A stretch of DNA of 64,000 nt from positions 7,815 through 71,814 of the forward strand of contig CAZXKQ010000007.1 in the NCBI GenBank assembly GCA_964641395.1. Reading direction: 5' to 3'. Shown here piece after piece: positions 1 to 10,208 of the stretch. This DNA comes from an uncultured Phascolarctobacterium sp. GTDB lineage: Bacteria; Bacillota; Negativicutes; Acidaminococcales; Acidaminococcaceae. The translations under genes and the position numbers were made by a program. The first letter of the stretch is position 1; each line of letters starts with the position of its first letter. The notes beneath the pieces are model-generated. The model ran no database searches. It saw nothing but the letters and a program-made list of their open reading frames with translations, and was not told the origin of the DNA.

Positions 1-1260
1 GGCGCAGTTCTGGATGATGGACACGTCCTTAGTGGGCTTAACCCTGGTGGTCAGGGCCCACATTACCTGCTCCAGGTTGAAGGGGTCGACAAACTCGTCT
101 ACCAGGATGATGATCTTGGCATAGGCAGTTCCGTGGGGAGTGCAGAGGAGGCGGAAGGCTGCCGATTTAGCAAAGCCGCCGTAGCGGGACTTGACGGAAA
201 TGATTTCCCCGATACCGTGGGTGTACATGGCGTTGACAGCCTGCACCTCGGGTATGGTGGCCTTCAACTGTTTGTAGATGGGTACAGAGGTATTGAGGGC
301 CATCAGGTAATCGATCTCGGTCCAAGGCAGGCCCAGGTACAGGTTCTCAAAGATCGGGTTGTCCCTATGGGTGATGTGGGTGATTTTAATCTCGCACTGG
401 AGGCGGGCACCGGAGTAGGAGCCAGGGAATTCGCCGAAGGGCCCTTCACAGGTGCGCAGCCGGGGAATCACGTAGCCTTCCAGCACTACTTCCGCATGGG
501 CAGGAACGTAGAGATGCTCAGCAGTGTCGGCCTTGACGATCTCAGTAGGAACCCCGTCCTGCAGGGCGCCTACGAACTCGTACTCGTTTTGGTCGTAGGC
601 TACAGGGGTGGAGGCCATGAAGGTTACCAGAGGAGAGTTGCCCAGGGCGATGGCGATGGGCAGGGGCTCGTTAACCTCCTCTGCCTTACGCAGCTGGATG
701 GCGATGTCGTGGAAGGGCAGGGCCTGGATGCCGATGCGGTCGATATCCTTCACCTGGATGCGGTAGGTGCCTACGTTCAGCTTGTCCAGGTTGTCGGGGT
801 CTTCAGGATCACCGGTCACAACGCTGGCCTTGGAGATGAAGAAGCCGCCGTCCTGGTCGTTAATCCTGTAGAGAGGCAGGATGTCAAAGAGGTTGATGTT
901 CTCGGTGATGGTGTTCTCTTTGCACTTGGCCTGCTCCCGAGGCAGAACTACCGGGGGAACGGGGAACTTGTCCCACCGCCGGTTCAGCTCAAAGAACTGC
1001 TCCTTAACAGAGGAGTTCTTCGGCATGCCCAGCATCAAGGCGTGGTTGGCCCAAGAGCCGTGCACGTTGGTGACTACGGAGTACTTGTAGCCCTTCACCT
1101 TCTCGAACAGCACGGCGGGCTTTTCTTCCAGATTGGCGCAGGCCCGGCCGGCCGCACCGATGTCAGGCTCGGGAGAAACCTCTTCCTTGATGCGGATCAG
1201 TTGGCCCTCTGCTTCCAAAGTAGCCAAAAACTCTCGCAGGTCCTTGTAAGATTTAGCCAT
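1..1260 (-). CDS. UbiD-family (prFMN-dependent) aromatic acid decarboxylase/carboxylase; C-terminus lies beyond the window start
   Basis: Absent from the ORF track because there is no in-window stop. Hand translation of the reverse strand from ATG 1260..1258 gives MAKSYKDLREFLATLEAEGQLIRIKEEV...NVGTYRIQVKD...CEGPFGEFPGSYSG...VMWALTTRVKP, the UbiD signature blocks. AAGGAGG RBS lies ~9 nt upstream. Track ORF 133..1401(+) is its antisense shadow. Confidence 0.85.
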   Translation of the reverse strand, partial: MAKSYKDLREFLATLEAEGQLIRIKEEVSPEPDIGAAGRACANLEEKPAVLFEKVKGYKYSVVTNVHGSWANHALMLGMPKNSSVKEQFFELNRRWDKFPVPPVVLPREQAKCKENTITENINLFDILPLYRINDQDGGFFISKASVVTGDPEDPDNLDKLNVGTYRIQVKDIDRIGIQALPFHDIAIQLRKAEEVNEPLPIAIALGNSPLVTFMASTPVAYDQNEYEFVGALQDGVPTEIVKADTAEHLYVPAHAEVVLEGYVIPRLRTCEGPFGEFPGSYSGARLQCEIKITHITHRDNPIFENLYLGLPWTEIDYLMALNTSVPIYKQLKATIPEVQAVNAMYTHGIGEIISVKSRYGGFAKSAAFRLLCTPHGTAYAKIIILVDEFVDPFNLEQVMWALTTRVKPTKDVSIIQNCA

Positions 1261-1373
1261 AGAAGTAGACCTCCTTTAAAAAATACTAAAACAGTTGCTA
1301 CCTCACAACTTTCACGCCTATTTTATCTAGAGGCAGATACAACGGCAATTCTAATTGGGCAAGAGGAAATGCC

Positions 1374-1422
1374 CTTTTTGAATAGCCCTTTGCGGAATTA
1401 GCCTATTCCTTTTTTGAATTGC
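1374..1422. promoter_or_regulatory. Candidate LysR-type operator: two CTTTTT(T)GAAT boxes; the second forms an ATTC-N7-GAAT dyad (T-N11-A type) at 1405..1419
   Basis: Direct reading of the divergent ubiD-like/lysR intergenic region. LysR regulators usually bind T-N11-A dyads in such regions. This is a motif-only call. Confidence 0.3.
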
Positions 1423-1554
1423 GCCTATAAGGGAAATAATCTAGAATTGAAAGGAACAATGAGTAAAACTTCTCTTGCAAGCCCTATTACAGGGCTTAAT
1501 CTTTTGGCGAACAGGTGGGTTGGTTCTTATAGGTGGACAAGAGGTGGAGCTGTA

Positions 1555-2493
1555 ATGAATATTAACCAGATTCGTTACTTTTTATCAGTTGCGGAAAACA
1601 AGAGCTTTTCCGCAGCCGCCTTTGATTGCTATATTTCCCAATCCTCTGTTTCCAAACACATTAAGGCCTTGGAAGCAGAATTCGGCGTAGTCCTTTTCGA
1701 GCGCAAAAACGCCAAAGTGGATCTGACCCCGGCCGGCCGGGTCTTTTATAAATACGCTGAGAAGGCCCTGAAAGAGTACGGCGAGTTGCAGCTCTTGCTG
1801 GAGGATTACCAAAAATCCAGCCAGTCCACCATCGCCCTGGGCACCATCCCCATCCTTTCTTCCTATGGTATAACCAACATTATCGCAGGCTTTTCCGCCA
1901 AGTATAAGGAGGCCAACATCTACTTCGATGTAAACGAGGACAACCAGGCCGAGATTCTCAAAAAGCTCCATGCCAGAAGTATCAGCCTGGCCCTCATCCG
2001 CACCCGCTATCTGGAACCCCGGGAGAAGTACGAATTCAAGCCCTTCGTCACCGACACCTTTGTAGCCACCTGTCATAAGAACCATCCCCTGGCCCGGGAG
2101 CACAGCCCTGTATCCTTGAAAACCATCAGCAAGTTCAACCTCTACCTGATCGACACCAGTTCCAATCTCAACCGGGTGACCATGGAAGTCCTCAAAGCGG
2201 CTGGGATCAAACCTAGGCTCAGGGGCACCACCACCCGCCATAAAATACTGTTGGAGATGCTCAACAACAAGACCGCCGTCTCCATCCTGCCGGAAAGGCT
2301 GGTGGATAAGAGGCTCTTCCCTGACTTGTTAACCCTGCCCTTAGAAGAGGCGATCACCAGCGAAATCGCCCTGGTAAAGCTTAAGGACTACAAACTCAAC
2401 AAGGTGTCGAAGAATTTTTGGGATTTTTGGTCCAAGGAGAACCTCCAGGCCTGTCTCCGCAACGTCCCTGACGCCCCTTCCTTTTTAACCTAA
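1555..2493 (+). CDS. LysR-family transcriptional regulator
   Basis: MNINQIRYFLSVAENKSFSAAAFDCYISQSSVSKHIKALE is a LysR winged-HTH N-terminus, followed by a substrate-binding domain. ATG 1555 is preceded by a GAGGTGGAG RBS; the track start at 1414 is an upstream extension. Confidence 0.9.
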   Translation: MNINQIRYFLSVAENKSFSAAAFDCYISQSSVSKHIKALEAEFGVVLFERKNAKVDLTPAGRVFYKYAEKALKEYGELQLLLEDYQKSSQSTIALGTIPILSSYGITNIIAGFSAKYKEANIYFDVNEDNQAEILKKLHARSISLALIRTRYLEPREKYEFKPFVTDTFVATCHKNHPLAREHSPVSLKTISKFNLYLIDTSSNLNRVTMEVLKAAGIKPRLRGTTTRHKILLEMLNNKTAVSILPERLVDKRLFPDLLTLPLEEAITSEIALVKLKDYKLNKVSKNFWDFWSKENLQACLRNVPDAPSFLT

Positions 2494-2520
2494 GGGACGG
2501 GCCCGGCCCAGACAGAAAAA

Positions 2521-2559
2521 GGCTGCCCCTGCCTAGCTTGAAACTAGGTAGAGGCAGCC
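2521..2559. terminator. Bidirectional intrinsic terminator between the convergent lysR and ubiD-like genes
   Basis: Hairpin GGCTGCCCCTGCCTAG-cttgaaa-CTAGGTAGAGGCAGCC, with an A-run on the 5' side (a T-run for the minus-strand transcript) and T-rich sequence on the 3' side. Confidence 0.6.
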
Positions 2560-2594
2560 TTAGCTTGTTTGGCTGACTGGGGCAGCCCTGCTCC

Positions 2595-4070
2595 TTATTT
2601 GAAGAGCTCAGGAGCCCACTTAGCAGGATCCACTTCCTTGAACTTGCAGCGCTGGAAGCGGTTCTTCATGGCAAAGGGCACTGTAGCGTCGAAGATGCAC
2701 TTGCAGGCGATGCCGTGATCCCTGATGCTGGGATCAAAGTCCGGGTCATTGGAGGGATCCAGGGGATGGCAGCGAACGCCGGGGATGGGGATGATGTCCA
2801 CATCGGCCTGCAGCCTGGTGGTCATAGCCCACAGCACGTCGTTGGTGTCGAAGATGTCCACGTCATCGTCCACCAGGATGACATGCTTCAATTCAGAGAA
2901 GGCGGAGAAGGCCAGCAGGGCGGCTTGGCGCTGCCTGCCTTCATCAGGAGGAGCCTTCTTTACGAATTGGATCACGGCCAGGTACTTGCCGCCGCCGGAG
3001 CAGTGGGCGTAAACGTTCTTCACGTTGCCAGGCAGAGCCTTCTCCACCATGGTCAGGATGGAGGCCTCGGTAGGCAGGCCGGCCATGTTCACATGCTCCT
3101 CGGAGGGGCCGATGCAGGACTGCATGATGGGGTTGGTCCGGTGGGTTACAGCCTTAACCTTGATAATGGGCAGCTCCGGCTTGCTGGGGCCGGTGTAGCC
3201 GGGGAACTCAGGCATGGCCTTGCCGGTATTGGTATTGATGTCTTCCCTGATCCTTACGTTAGGCAGTAGTTCGCCTTCCACTACGTACTCAGCCCGTGCC
3301 AAGGCCTTCTCGGCGATGGTCTTGCACTGTACCAGCTGCACGGCCTCCTTCCGCAGACCGCCGGCGATGGCCAATTCATTGAAGCCATAGGGGGTGGTGG
3401 GAGCCTCGAAGCAGGCGGCGATTTCAATAGCCGGATCTACGCCGATGCTGATGGAGATAGGCATGGGCTTGCCAGCCTTCTCGTATTTCTGCCGCATAGC
3501 GTCCAGATGGCGGCCAGGTACAAAGTACATGGAGATTTCATCTTTGCTCTGCAGGCAGAGGCGGTGGATGGTGATGTCAGAGGTGCCGGTCTCAGGATCG
3601 GTGCCATAGCACAGGCCCATGGTGATGTAGGGGCCTGCGTCCTCCTCCGTATTGGTGGGGGCGGGGATCAGCTTGCGAATGTCAAAACCTGGTTCGTCCG
3701 CTAGGTGTACCACCTCTTGGCAGGGGGCGGCGGCAGCGTCCACAACCACCGGAGGAATCAGATTTCCCAAGGAGTCTTTAAGCAGGAAGCCCAGCCGGTC
3801 AGGGGGGCAGCCTAGGATATGGCCAACCCGTTCACGGCTAGACAATACGCCGATAACAACCTTGGCGCCTGGATGACCTTTGACTTTGTTGAAAACCATG
3901 GCCGGCCCTAGCTGAGTAGGCCGTTTAACAGTGCCCCTGGCTCCCACCCGGCGGTAAATGCCGGATATCTCGGCCCTGGGATCGGCTTCTACGTCGGTTT
4001 CCAGATACTGGCCGGGGATAGTCTTCAGGTACTCTAGGGCAGAACGTAAATCATTGATCTTATTAGCCAT
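2595..4070 (-). CDS. UbiD-family decarboxylase/carboxylase, divergent paralogue
   Basis: 491 aa with full-length UbiD architecture (DITIHRLCLQSKDEISMYF, VLWAMTTRLQ). The RBS context is nearly identical to the first copy (AAAGGAGGTCTTTCTATG). The canonical EGPFGE block is replaced by GKAMPEFPGY. Confidence 0.88.
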   Translation of the reverse strand: MANKINDLRSALEYLKTIPGQYLETDVEADPRAEISGIYRRVGARGTVKRPTQLGPAMVFNKVKGHPGAKVVIGVLSSRERVGHILGCPPDRLGFLLKDSLGNLIPPVVVDAAAAPCQEVVHLADEPGFDIRKLIPAPTNTEEDAGPYITMGLCYGTDPETGTSDITIHRLCLQSKDEISMYFVPGRHLDAMRQKYEKAGKPMPISISIGVDPAIEIAACFEAPTTPYGFNELAIAGGLRKEAVQLVQCKTIAEKALARAEYVVEGELLPNVRIREDINTNTGKAMPEFPGYTGPSKPELPIIKVKAVTHRTNPIMQSCIGPSEEHVNMAGLPTEASILTMVEKALPGNVKNVYAHCSGGGKYLAVIQFVKKAPPDEGRQRQAALLAFSAFSELKHVILVDDDVDIFDTNDVLWAMTTRLQADVDIIPIPGVRCHPLDPSNDPDFDPSIRDHGIACKCIFDATVPFAMKNRFQRCKFKEVDPAKWAPELFK

Positions 4071-4217
4071 AGAAAGACCTCCTTTTTCTTGGTGGCTTAA
4101 TTATATATTAAATACTTCCCCCTAGCTATTCGATTTGGGAAAGCCTCCTTGCCACACTAGAATAGAAAGAGGGGCCCCCTCCAGGTGTGCCGCTGGTAAA
4201 AGGCCGCCTTCTGCCCC

Positions 4218-4264
4218 TTAAAACCGACAGCTGCCACCCCTCCCCTGCCGGGAAGGATGGCAGC
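4218..4264 (-). terminator. Intrinsic terminator downstream of the DUF1232 gene
   Basis: Minus strand: GCTGCCATCCTTCCC-GGCA-GGGGAGGGGTGGCAGC (about 15 bp with two G-U pairs), followed by TGTCGGTTTT. Confidence 0.5.
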
Positions 4265-4313
4265 CGCTTAAAAAGTTCAGCTGTGAGTTTTTCGTCCCCT
4301 GGCGGCAGCCCCC

Positions 4314-4736
4314 CTACACAGTCCGCCTGGTCAGCTCCCGCCACTGCTCGTACTTCTTGATGTCCCCCTCCACCCACTGGCAGCAGAACTGCAACACCGT
4401 GGCGTCGTCTAGATAGCCCACCAGCGGCAGCCAATCCGGCACCACGTCTAGGGGGGAGACGAAGTAGATCAGAGCGGCCACTATGGCCACCAGGGAGTTA
4501 GAGGGAACAGCCCTGTACTCCCCCTTCACATAGCTCCTAAAGAGGGAGGCCAGGGTGGGCACCAGGGCCAAGCGCTCCCCCACCAGGGGAACCTCCTTCA
4601 GCTTCTGCTCCAGGCGTTGCAAAAAGCGCTCCGCCTTGTCCACGTCCCCGATGATTTCTTCCGCCTTGGCGTACCTCTGCCGCAGTTGCTCCCCTGCTTC
4701 CTCCGCCTGTAATTCTACCCTGTCTTCACCCTTCAT
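4314..4736 (-). CDS. DUF1232 (YkvA-like) membrane protein
   Basis: 140 aa. The C-terminal half LVAIVAALIYFVSPLDVVPDWLPLVGYLDDATVL matches the DUF1232 signature (P.D.IPD..P..G..DD). Confidence 0.75.
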   Translation of the reverse strand: MKGEDRVELQAEEAGEQLRQRYAKAEEIIGDVDKAERFLQRLEQKLKEVPLVGERLALVPTLASLFRSYVKGEYRAVPSNSLVAIVAALIYFVSPLDVVPDWLPLVGYLDDATVLQFCCQWVEGDIKKYEQWRELTRRTV

Positions 4737-4849
4737 CCCGTTCTGCTCCTCTCTAGTTTTGCGTCCTCGACCGCCGGAACCATCTCTATATCCTGAGGCG
4801 GGCCCTGTCTTTCTCTCTAACTCCCCCTGCCTGGGGGCAGCGGCCGGCC

Positions 4850-6403
4850 CTATTCGAACTCTATGGTAGCCGGAGGCTTGGTAGTGTAGTCGAAGAAGAC
4901 CCGGTTGATGTGCTGTACCTCGTTGACGATGCGGTTAGCCGCCGCCGCTATGGTAGCCGCCGGCAGGGGGGTCACCTCGGCTGTCATAAAGTCGGTAGTG
5001 GTGACCGCCCGCAGGGCGATGGCGTAATCATAGGTGCGCTCGTCCCCCATCACCCCTACGCTGCGCATATTGGTGAGGGCGGCGAAGTACTGGCTGGGCC
5101 GCTGGGACAGGGGCAGCTTGTCCACCTCTGCTCTATAGATGGCGTCCGCCTCCTGCACCAAGGCCACCTTCTCCGGGGTCACCGCCCCGATGATGCGGAT
5201 GGCCAGGCCCGGCCCTGGGAAGGGCTGCCTGTTCACCAACTCCTCCGGCAGGCCTAGCTCCCGCCCTGCCTGCCGCACCTCGTCCTTGAACAGGTTCCGC
5301 AGGGGCTCCACTATTTCCTTGAAGTCTACCAGGTCCGGCAGGCCCCCTACGTTGTGGTGGCTCTTGATGGTGGCCGACTCTCCCCCCAGGCCGCTTTCCA
5401 CCACGTCAGGGTAGATGGTGCCCTGGGCTAAAAAGTCCACCGCTCCTATCTTTTGGGCCTCCGCCTCGAAGACCCGGATGAACTCTTCGCCGATCAGCTT
5501 CCGCTTCCGCTCCGGCTCCGCGACCCCGGCCAGCTTGTGGTAAAAGCGCTGCCGGGCGTCTACGCAGATAAAGTTAAGGTGGAACCGTCCCCCCTCGCCG
5601 AAGACGGCGCACACCTCTTCCCGCTCATTCTTCCGCAGCAGGCCGTGATCCACGAAGACGCAGGTCAGCTGCCTGCCTACCGCCCGGGCCAGCATGGCGG
5701 CGCAGACGCTGGAGTCCACGCCTCCGGAGAGGGCGCACAGCACCCGGCCGCTGCCGATGCGCTTGCGCAGGGCGGCCACCGTCTCCTCTACGAAGGAGGC
5801 CATCTTCCAGGTGCCGGCGCAGCCGCACACCTTGTAGACGAAGTTGTGGAGGATGGCTGTGCCGTTCTCCGTGTGGAGTACTTCGGGGTGGAACTGGACG
5901 GAGTAGAGGCGGCGCTGAGGGTCTGCCGCCCCTGCCACTGGGCAGTTAGGGGTGGAGGCGATGACCTGGAAGCCTGGGCCCGCCTCCTGGATGTAGTCGT
6001 TGTGGCTCATCCAGCACACGTTCTGCCGGGGCAGGCCGGCGAAGAGGGGGCTGGCCAGGTCTAAGTCCACCAGGGTCTTGCCGTACTCCCGCTCCGGGGC
6101 TACCGTCACCCGGCCCCCTAAGAGGTGGGCCATGAGCTGGCTGCCGTAGCAGATGCCCAGGACGGGCACCCCCCAGCTGAAGATCGCCGGGTCTATGCTG
6201 GCGGAATCGGGCAGATAGACGCTGTTAGGCCCGCCGGTAAAGATGATGCCCACCGGCTGCTTAGCCTTCAGCTCAGCCAGCGGCTGGGTATAAGAAGCGA
6301 TTTCGCAATACACCCCGCACTCCCTCACCCTGCGGGCGATGAGTTGGTTGTATTGGCCGCCGAAGTCGATCACCAGTATCATTTCCTGCCCTTGTTGAGC
6401 CAT
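4850..6403 (-). CDS. guaA: GMP synthase (glutamine-hydrolysing)
   Basis: 517 aa. N-terminal class I amidotransferase ([20 protein letters not shown]), ATP-pyrophosphatase SGGVDSSV loop, and a conserved C-terminus ending [18 protein letters not shown]. Confidence 0.97.
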   Translation of the reverse strand: MAQQGQEMILVIDFGGQYNQLIARRVRECGVYCEIASYTQPLAELKAKQPVGIIFTGGPNSVYLPDSASIDPAIFSWGVPVLGICYGSQLMAHLLGGRVTVAPEREYGKTLVDLDLASPLFAGLPRQNVCWMSHNDYIQEAGPGFQVIASTPNCPVAGAADPQRRLYSVQFHPEVLHTENGTAILHNFVYKVCGCAGTWKMASFVEETVAALRKRIGSGRVLCALSGGVDSSVCAAMLARAVGRQLTCVFVDHGLLRKNEREEVCAVFGEGGRFHLNFICVDARQRFYHKLAGVAEPERKRKLIGEEFIRVFEAEAQKIGAVDFLAQGTIYPDVVESGLGGESATIKSHHNVGGLPDLVDFKEIVEPLRNLFKDEVRQAGRELGLPEELVNRQPFPGPGLAIRIIGAVTPEKVALVQEADAIYRAEVDKLPLSQRPSQYFAALTNMRSVGVMGDERTYDYAIALRAVTTTDFMTAEVTPLPAATIAAAANRIVNEVQHINRVFFDYTTKPPATIEFE

Positions 6404-6438
6404 CCCTGCTGCCTCCTTGTGGTTTTTTTAGTACCCAA

Positions 6439-6467
6439 ATCATACCATAAAGCCAGGGTAATTACAA
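6439..6467 (-). promoter_or_regulatory. Sigma-A type promoter for guaA (TTGTAA-17 nt-TATGAT, with TG extension)
   Basis: Read on the minus strand: CTGTTGTAATTACCCTGGCTTTATGGTATGATTTGG, about 35 nt upstream of the guaA start. Confidence 0.5.
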
Positions 6468-6498
6468 CAGCGCCACCCCTAAAACAGGCACCCCGCCT

Positions 6499-6542
6499 AA
6501 GAAAAGACAGCCCCCGAGCCCCGTGCGGGAGCTGGGGGACTG
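6499..6542 (-). terminator. Intrinsic terminator after groEL
   Basis: Minus strand: imperfect GC-rich hairpin CAGTCCCCCAGCTCC-CGCACG-GGGCTCGGGGGCTG, followed by TCTTTTCTT. Confidence 0.5.
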
Positions 6543-6573
6543 CCCCTAAGACCTTATACCGCTAATGACTTGC

Positions 6574-8217
<1,644 letters not shown>

Positions 8218-8508
8218 TTATTTGTCGAATACGGCCAGGATGTCCTGCTCTTTGATCACCAGATAGTCCTTGCCGTCGTGCTTAACCTCGGTGCCGATGT
8301 ACTTGGCGAAGAGCACCTCTTCCCCTACCTCTACGGCCGGCGCTACGATGCTGCCGTTGTCCAACAGCTTGCCCTTGCCTACAGCCCTCACTATGCCAGT
8401 CTGCGGTTTCTCTTTATGGGCGGTATCCGGCAGAAAGATGCCGCTAGCGGTCTTTTCTTCCTTCGTAACAACTTCTACCAACACGTGATCGTATAAAGGT
8501 CTTAACAT
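8218..8508 (-). CDS. groS: Co-chaperonin GroES
   Basis: 96 aa; [30 protein letters not shown] is a typical Cpn10. Lies 15 nt upstream of groEL. Confidence 0.97.
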   Translation of the reverse strand: MLRPLYDHVLVEVVTKEEKTASGIFLPDTAHKEKPQTGIVRAVGKGKLLDNGSIVAPAVEVGEEVLFAKYIGTEVKHDGKDYLVIKEQDILAVFDK

Positions 8509-8561
8509 GCTTGAAACCCCTTTCTCCTATTACTGTCGGCGGGCTGGAAGCCCTTGCTTTG

Positions 8562-8588
8562 TTAGCACTCTTTTGGTGTGAGTGCTAA
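8562..8588. promoter_or_regulatory. CIRCE operator (HrcA binding site)
   Basis: Perfect TTAGCACTC-N9-GAGTGCTAA inverted repeat between the groES promoter and the start codon. Confidence 0.92.
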
Positions 8589-8609
8589 TCACAGTTACTA
8601 TTATAGACG

Positions 8610-8637
8610 ATAGCGGGAAAAAAGCAAGTCTTTTTTT
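8610..8637 (-). promoter_or_regulatory. Sigma-A promoter of groES-groEL (TTGCTT-16 nt-TATAAT)
   Basis: Minus strand ACTTGCTTTTTTCCCGCTATCGTCTATAATAG, immediately upstream of CIRCE. Confidence 0.6.
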
Positions 8638-8786
8638 CCGCTTTTCGAAAAAAAATCCCCCGGCTCCCTCCCGTCCGGCCCGGCCCCGGCCTTTGGCCCT
8701 TGTGGCTGGGGCTGTTTTGGGTTTATAATAGGAGGGGCAGGGGCGCCCTGTCCCTGCCACCCTCTGAACCTGCCTGGGAGGTGTCC

Positions 8787-8990
8787 ATGCTCAACGTCTA
8801 CTTCGGCCTCTTCCTCTTCGCCCTGCTCTGCTTTTTTTGCGGCAGCTTCCTCTACCAGGCCTTCCAGCTGGGCCGGCCTATGACGGGGAAGGATCTAGCC
8901 CTGCTGGCCGCCCTCTCCCTCGGCTCCCTGATCGCCCTGAGCCTGGGCCTGGAACGGCTAGGCTATCCGCCCCTGAACATCACCTTTTAG
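8787..8990 (+). CDS. Small hypothetical membrane protein (67 aa, two predicted TM helices)
   Basis: ATG 8787 follows a GGGAGGTG RBS. Product MLNVYFGLFLFALLCFFCGSFLYQAF...ALLAALSLGSLIALSLGL is hydrophobic. No family recognised. Confidence 0.4.
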   Translation: MLNVYFGLFLFALLCFFCGSFLYQAFQLGRPMTGKDLALLAALSLGSLIALSLGLERLGYPPLNITF

Positions 8991-9030
8991 ACGCAAAAAG
9001 GCACCTGCCTAGCTCCCTGCTGGACGACTG

Positions 9031-9107
9031 TGGTCGGGGCGGCGAGATTCGAACTCACGGCCTCTTGTACCCGAAACAAGCGCGCTACCAAACTGCGCCA
9101 CGCCCCG
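9031..9107 (-). tRNA. tRNA-Pro (anticodon CGG)
   Basis: Reverse complement CGGGGCGTGGCGCAGTTTGGTAGCGCGCTTGTTTCGGGTACAAGAGGCCGTGAGTTCGAATCTCGCCGCCCCGACCA folds as a cloverleaf: 7-bp acceptor stem, GCGC D-stem, CTTGT/ACAAG anticodon stem with loop TTCGGGT, TTCGAAT T-loop and an encoded CCA. Confidence 0.93.
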
Positions 9108-9142
9108 TTCTTAAGGTTGCTAGGTCTTACGATGCCTAGGTA

Positions 9143-9172
9143 ATTATATGGCAGAAGCCTCGGCCTTGTCAA
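9143..9172 (-). promoter_or_regulatory. Sigma-A promoter for tRNA-Pro (TTGACA-18 nt-TATAAT)
   Basis: Minus strand CAGTTGACAAGGCCGAGGCTTCTGCCATATAATTACC, about 30 nt upstream of the tRNA 5' end. Confidence 0.6.
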
Positions 9173-9184
9173 CTGTTATTTTGC

Positions 9185-9520
9185 CTAACCCTGGGTCACC
9201 ACCCGGATGAAGCTCACCTGGAAGGCCTCCTTGATGGCAGGCAGCAGCTCCCGCTCGATGTTGGTGCGGTGCAGCTCGCTCTCCGCCACGATCAACACCT
9301 GGCTGCCGGCGTAGTTGATGTTGTGGATCTTGCTCACCAGGCGTTTGAAGGTGTCGTCCCCTATGGCCTGGCGCAACACCTGTAATTTGGCGTAAACCTG
9401 GGGCTTCTCCTTCTGCATCCGCAACTCTAGCGGGGTGAAGGGCACCGTCACCACCCTGGCATCCCTGGCCAGGACGAAATTCTCCTCTCCCTCGCCGGGC
9501 ACTACTAAATCGTCTCGCAT
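9185..9520 (-). CDS. Hypothetical 111-aa protein; the C-terminal half loosely resembles DnaA domain I
   Basis: GGGAGG RBS and good coding look. FKRLVSKIHNINYAGSQVLIVAESELHRTNIERELLPAIKEAF resembles the DnaA_N pattern (leucine-rich helix, then an L.V.....-type strand, then an I...Y...I..A-type helix). Family assignment is tentative. Confidence 0.55.
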   Translation of the reverse strand: MRDDLVVPGEGEENFVLARDARVVTVPFTPLELRMQKEKPQVYAKLQVLRQAIGDDTFKRLVSKIHNINYAGSQVLIVAESELHRTNIERELLPAIKEAFQVSFIRVVTQG

Positions 9521-9678
9521 CGCTCTCTGCCTCCCTCAGTGTCGGAGCCCTATGAGTCTGGACGGCTCCTCCCTTAATTATAGAGGCTTTCCCGGCTCTG
9601 GTCAAGGGAGGCGGCCCCCTTTCCCCGCCTCTTGGTAGGGACGGGGCCAAGTTAATAGCCGGCTGAGGCCCATTTCCC

Positions 9679-9707
9679 TTGTCAAGGCCTGGGTTCTCTG
9701 ATATAAT
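9679..9707 (+). promoter_or_regulatory. Sigma-A promoter for mscL-tyrS (TTGTCA-17 nt-TATAAT)
   Basis: CCTTGTCAAGGCCTGGGTTCTCTGATATAATTATC, 50 nt upstream of the mscL ATG. Confidence 0.6.
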
Positions 9708-9757
9708 TATCTACACCTTTTAAAACACGGCCCACTATACGGATTGGAGGTTTTAGT

Positions 9758-10189
9758 ATGTCCTTCTTTGAAGAATTCAAAAAATTCGCCCTGCGGGGCA
9801 ACGTGGTCGACATGGCCGTCGGCGTTATCATCGGCGGCGCCTTCGGCAAGATCGTCACCAGCATCGTCAATGACGTGATCATGCCGCCTATCGGCCTCCT
9901 CACCGGCGGCGTAGACTTCGCCAACCTTTTTGTCAGCCTCAACGGCCAGCAGTACGCCACCCTGGAGGCCGCCAAGAAGGCTGGGGCCCCGGTCATCGCC
10001 TACGGCACCTTCATCAACACCATCATCGACTTTGTAATCGTAGCCCTGGTGATCTTCGTCATCATCAGCCAGATCAACAAGATGAAGGCTCCTGAGGCCC
10101 CCCAGCCGGACCCCAGGCTCTGCCCCTACTGCAAGTCGCCTATCGCTGACGACGCCACCCGCTGCCCCCACTGCACTTCCCAGTTATAA
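9758..10189 (+). CDS. mscL: Large-conductance mechanosensitive channel MscL
   Basis: 143 aa. [24 protein letters not shown] is the MscL TM1 signature. The C-terminal tail is CPYC...CPHC, zinc-ribbon-like. Confidence 0.93.
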   Translation: MSFFEEFKKFALRGNVVDMAVGVIIGGAFGKIVTSIVNDVIMPPIGLLTGGVDFANLFVSLNGQQYATLEAAKKAGAPVIAYGTFINTIIDFVIVALVIFVIISQINKMKAPEAPQPDPRLCPYCKSPIADDATRCPHCTSQL

Positions 10190-10208
10190 GTAAGGAGACC
10201 CTGGCCCT

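Noticed and set aside
133-1401. 422-aa plus-strand ORF at the window start
   Set aside because: Its product is Gly/Val/Leu/Ala-rich and low in information. It lies exactly antisense to a reverse-strand reading frame with clear UbiD motifs and a strong RBS. It is a shadow ORF typical of GC-rich DNA.
6404-6438. Purine/guanine riboswitch upstream of guaA
   Set aside because: The promoter lies only ~35 nt from the start codon, which leaves no room for an aptamer.
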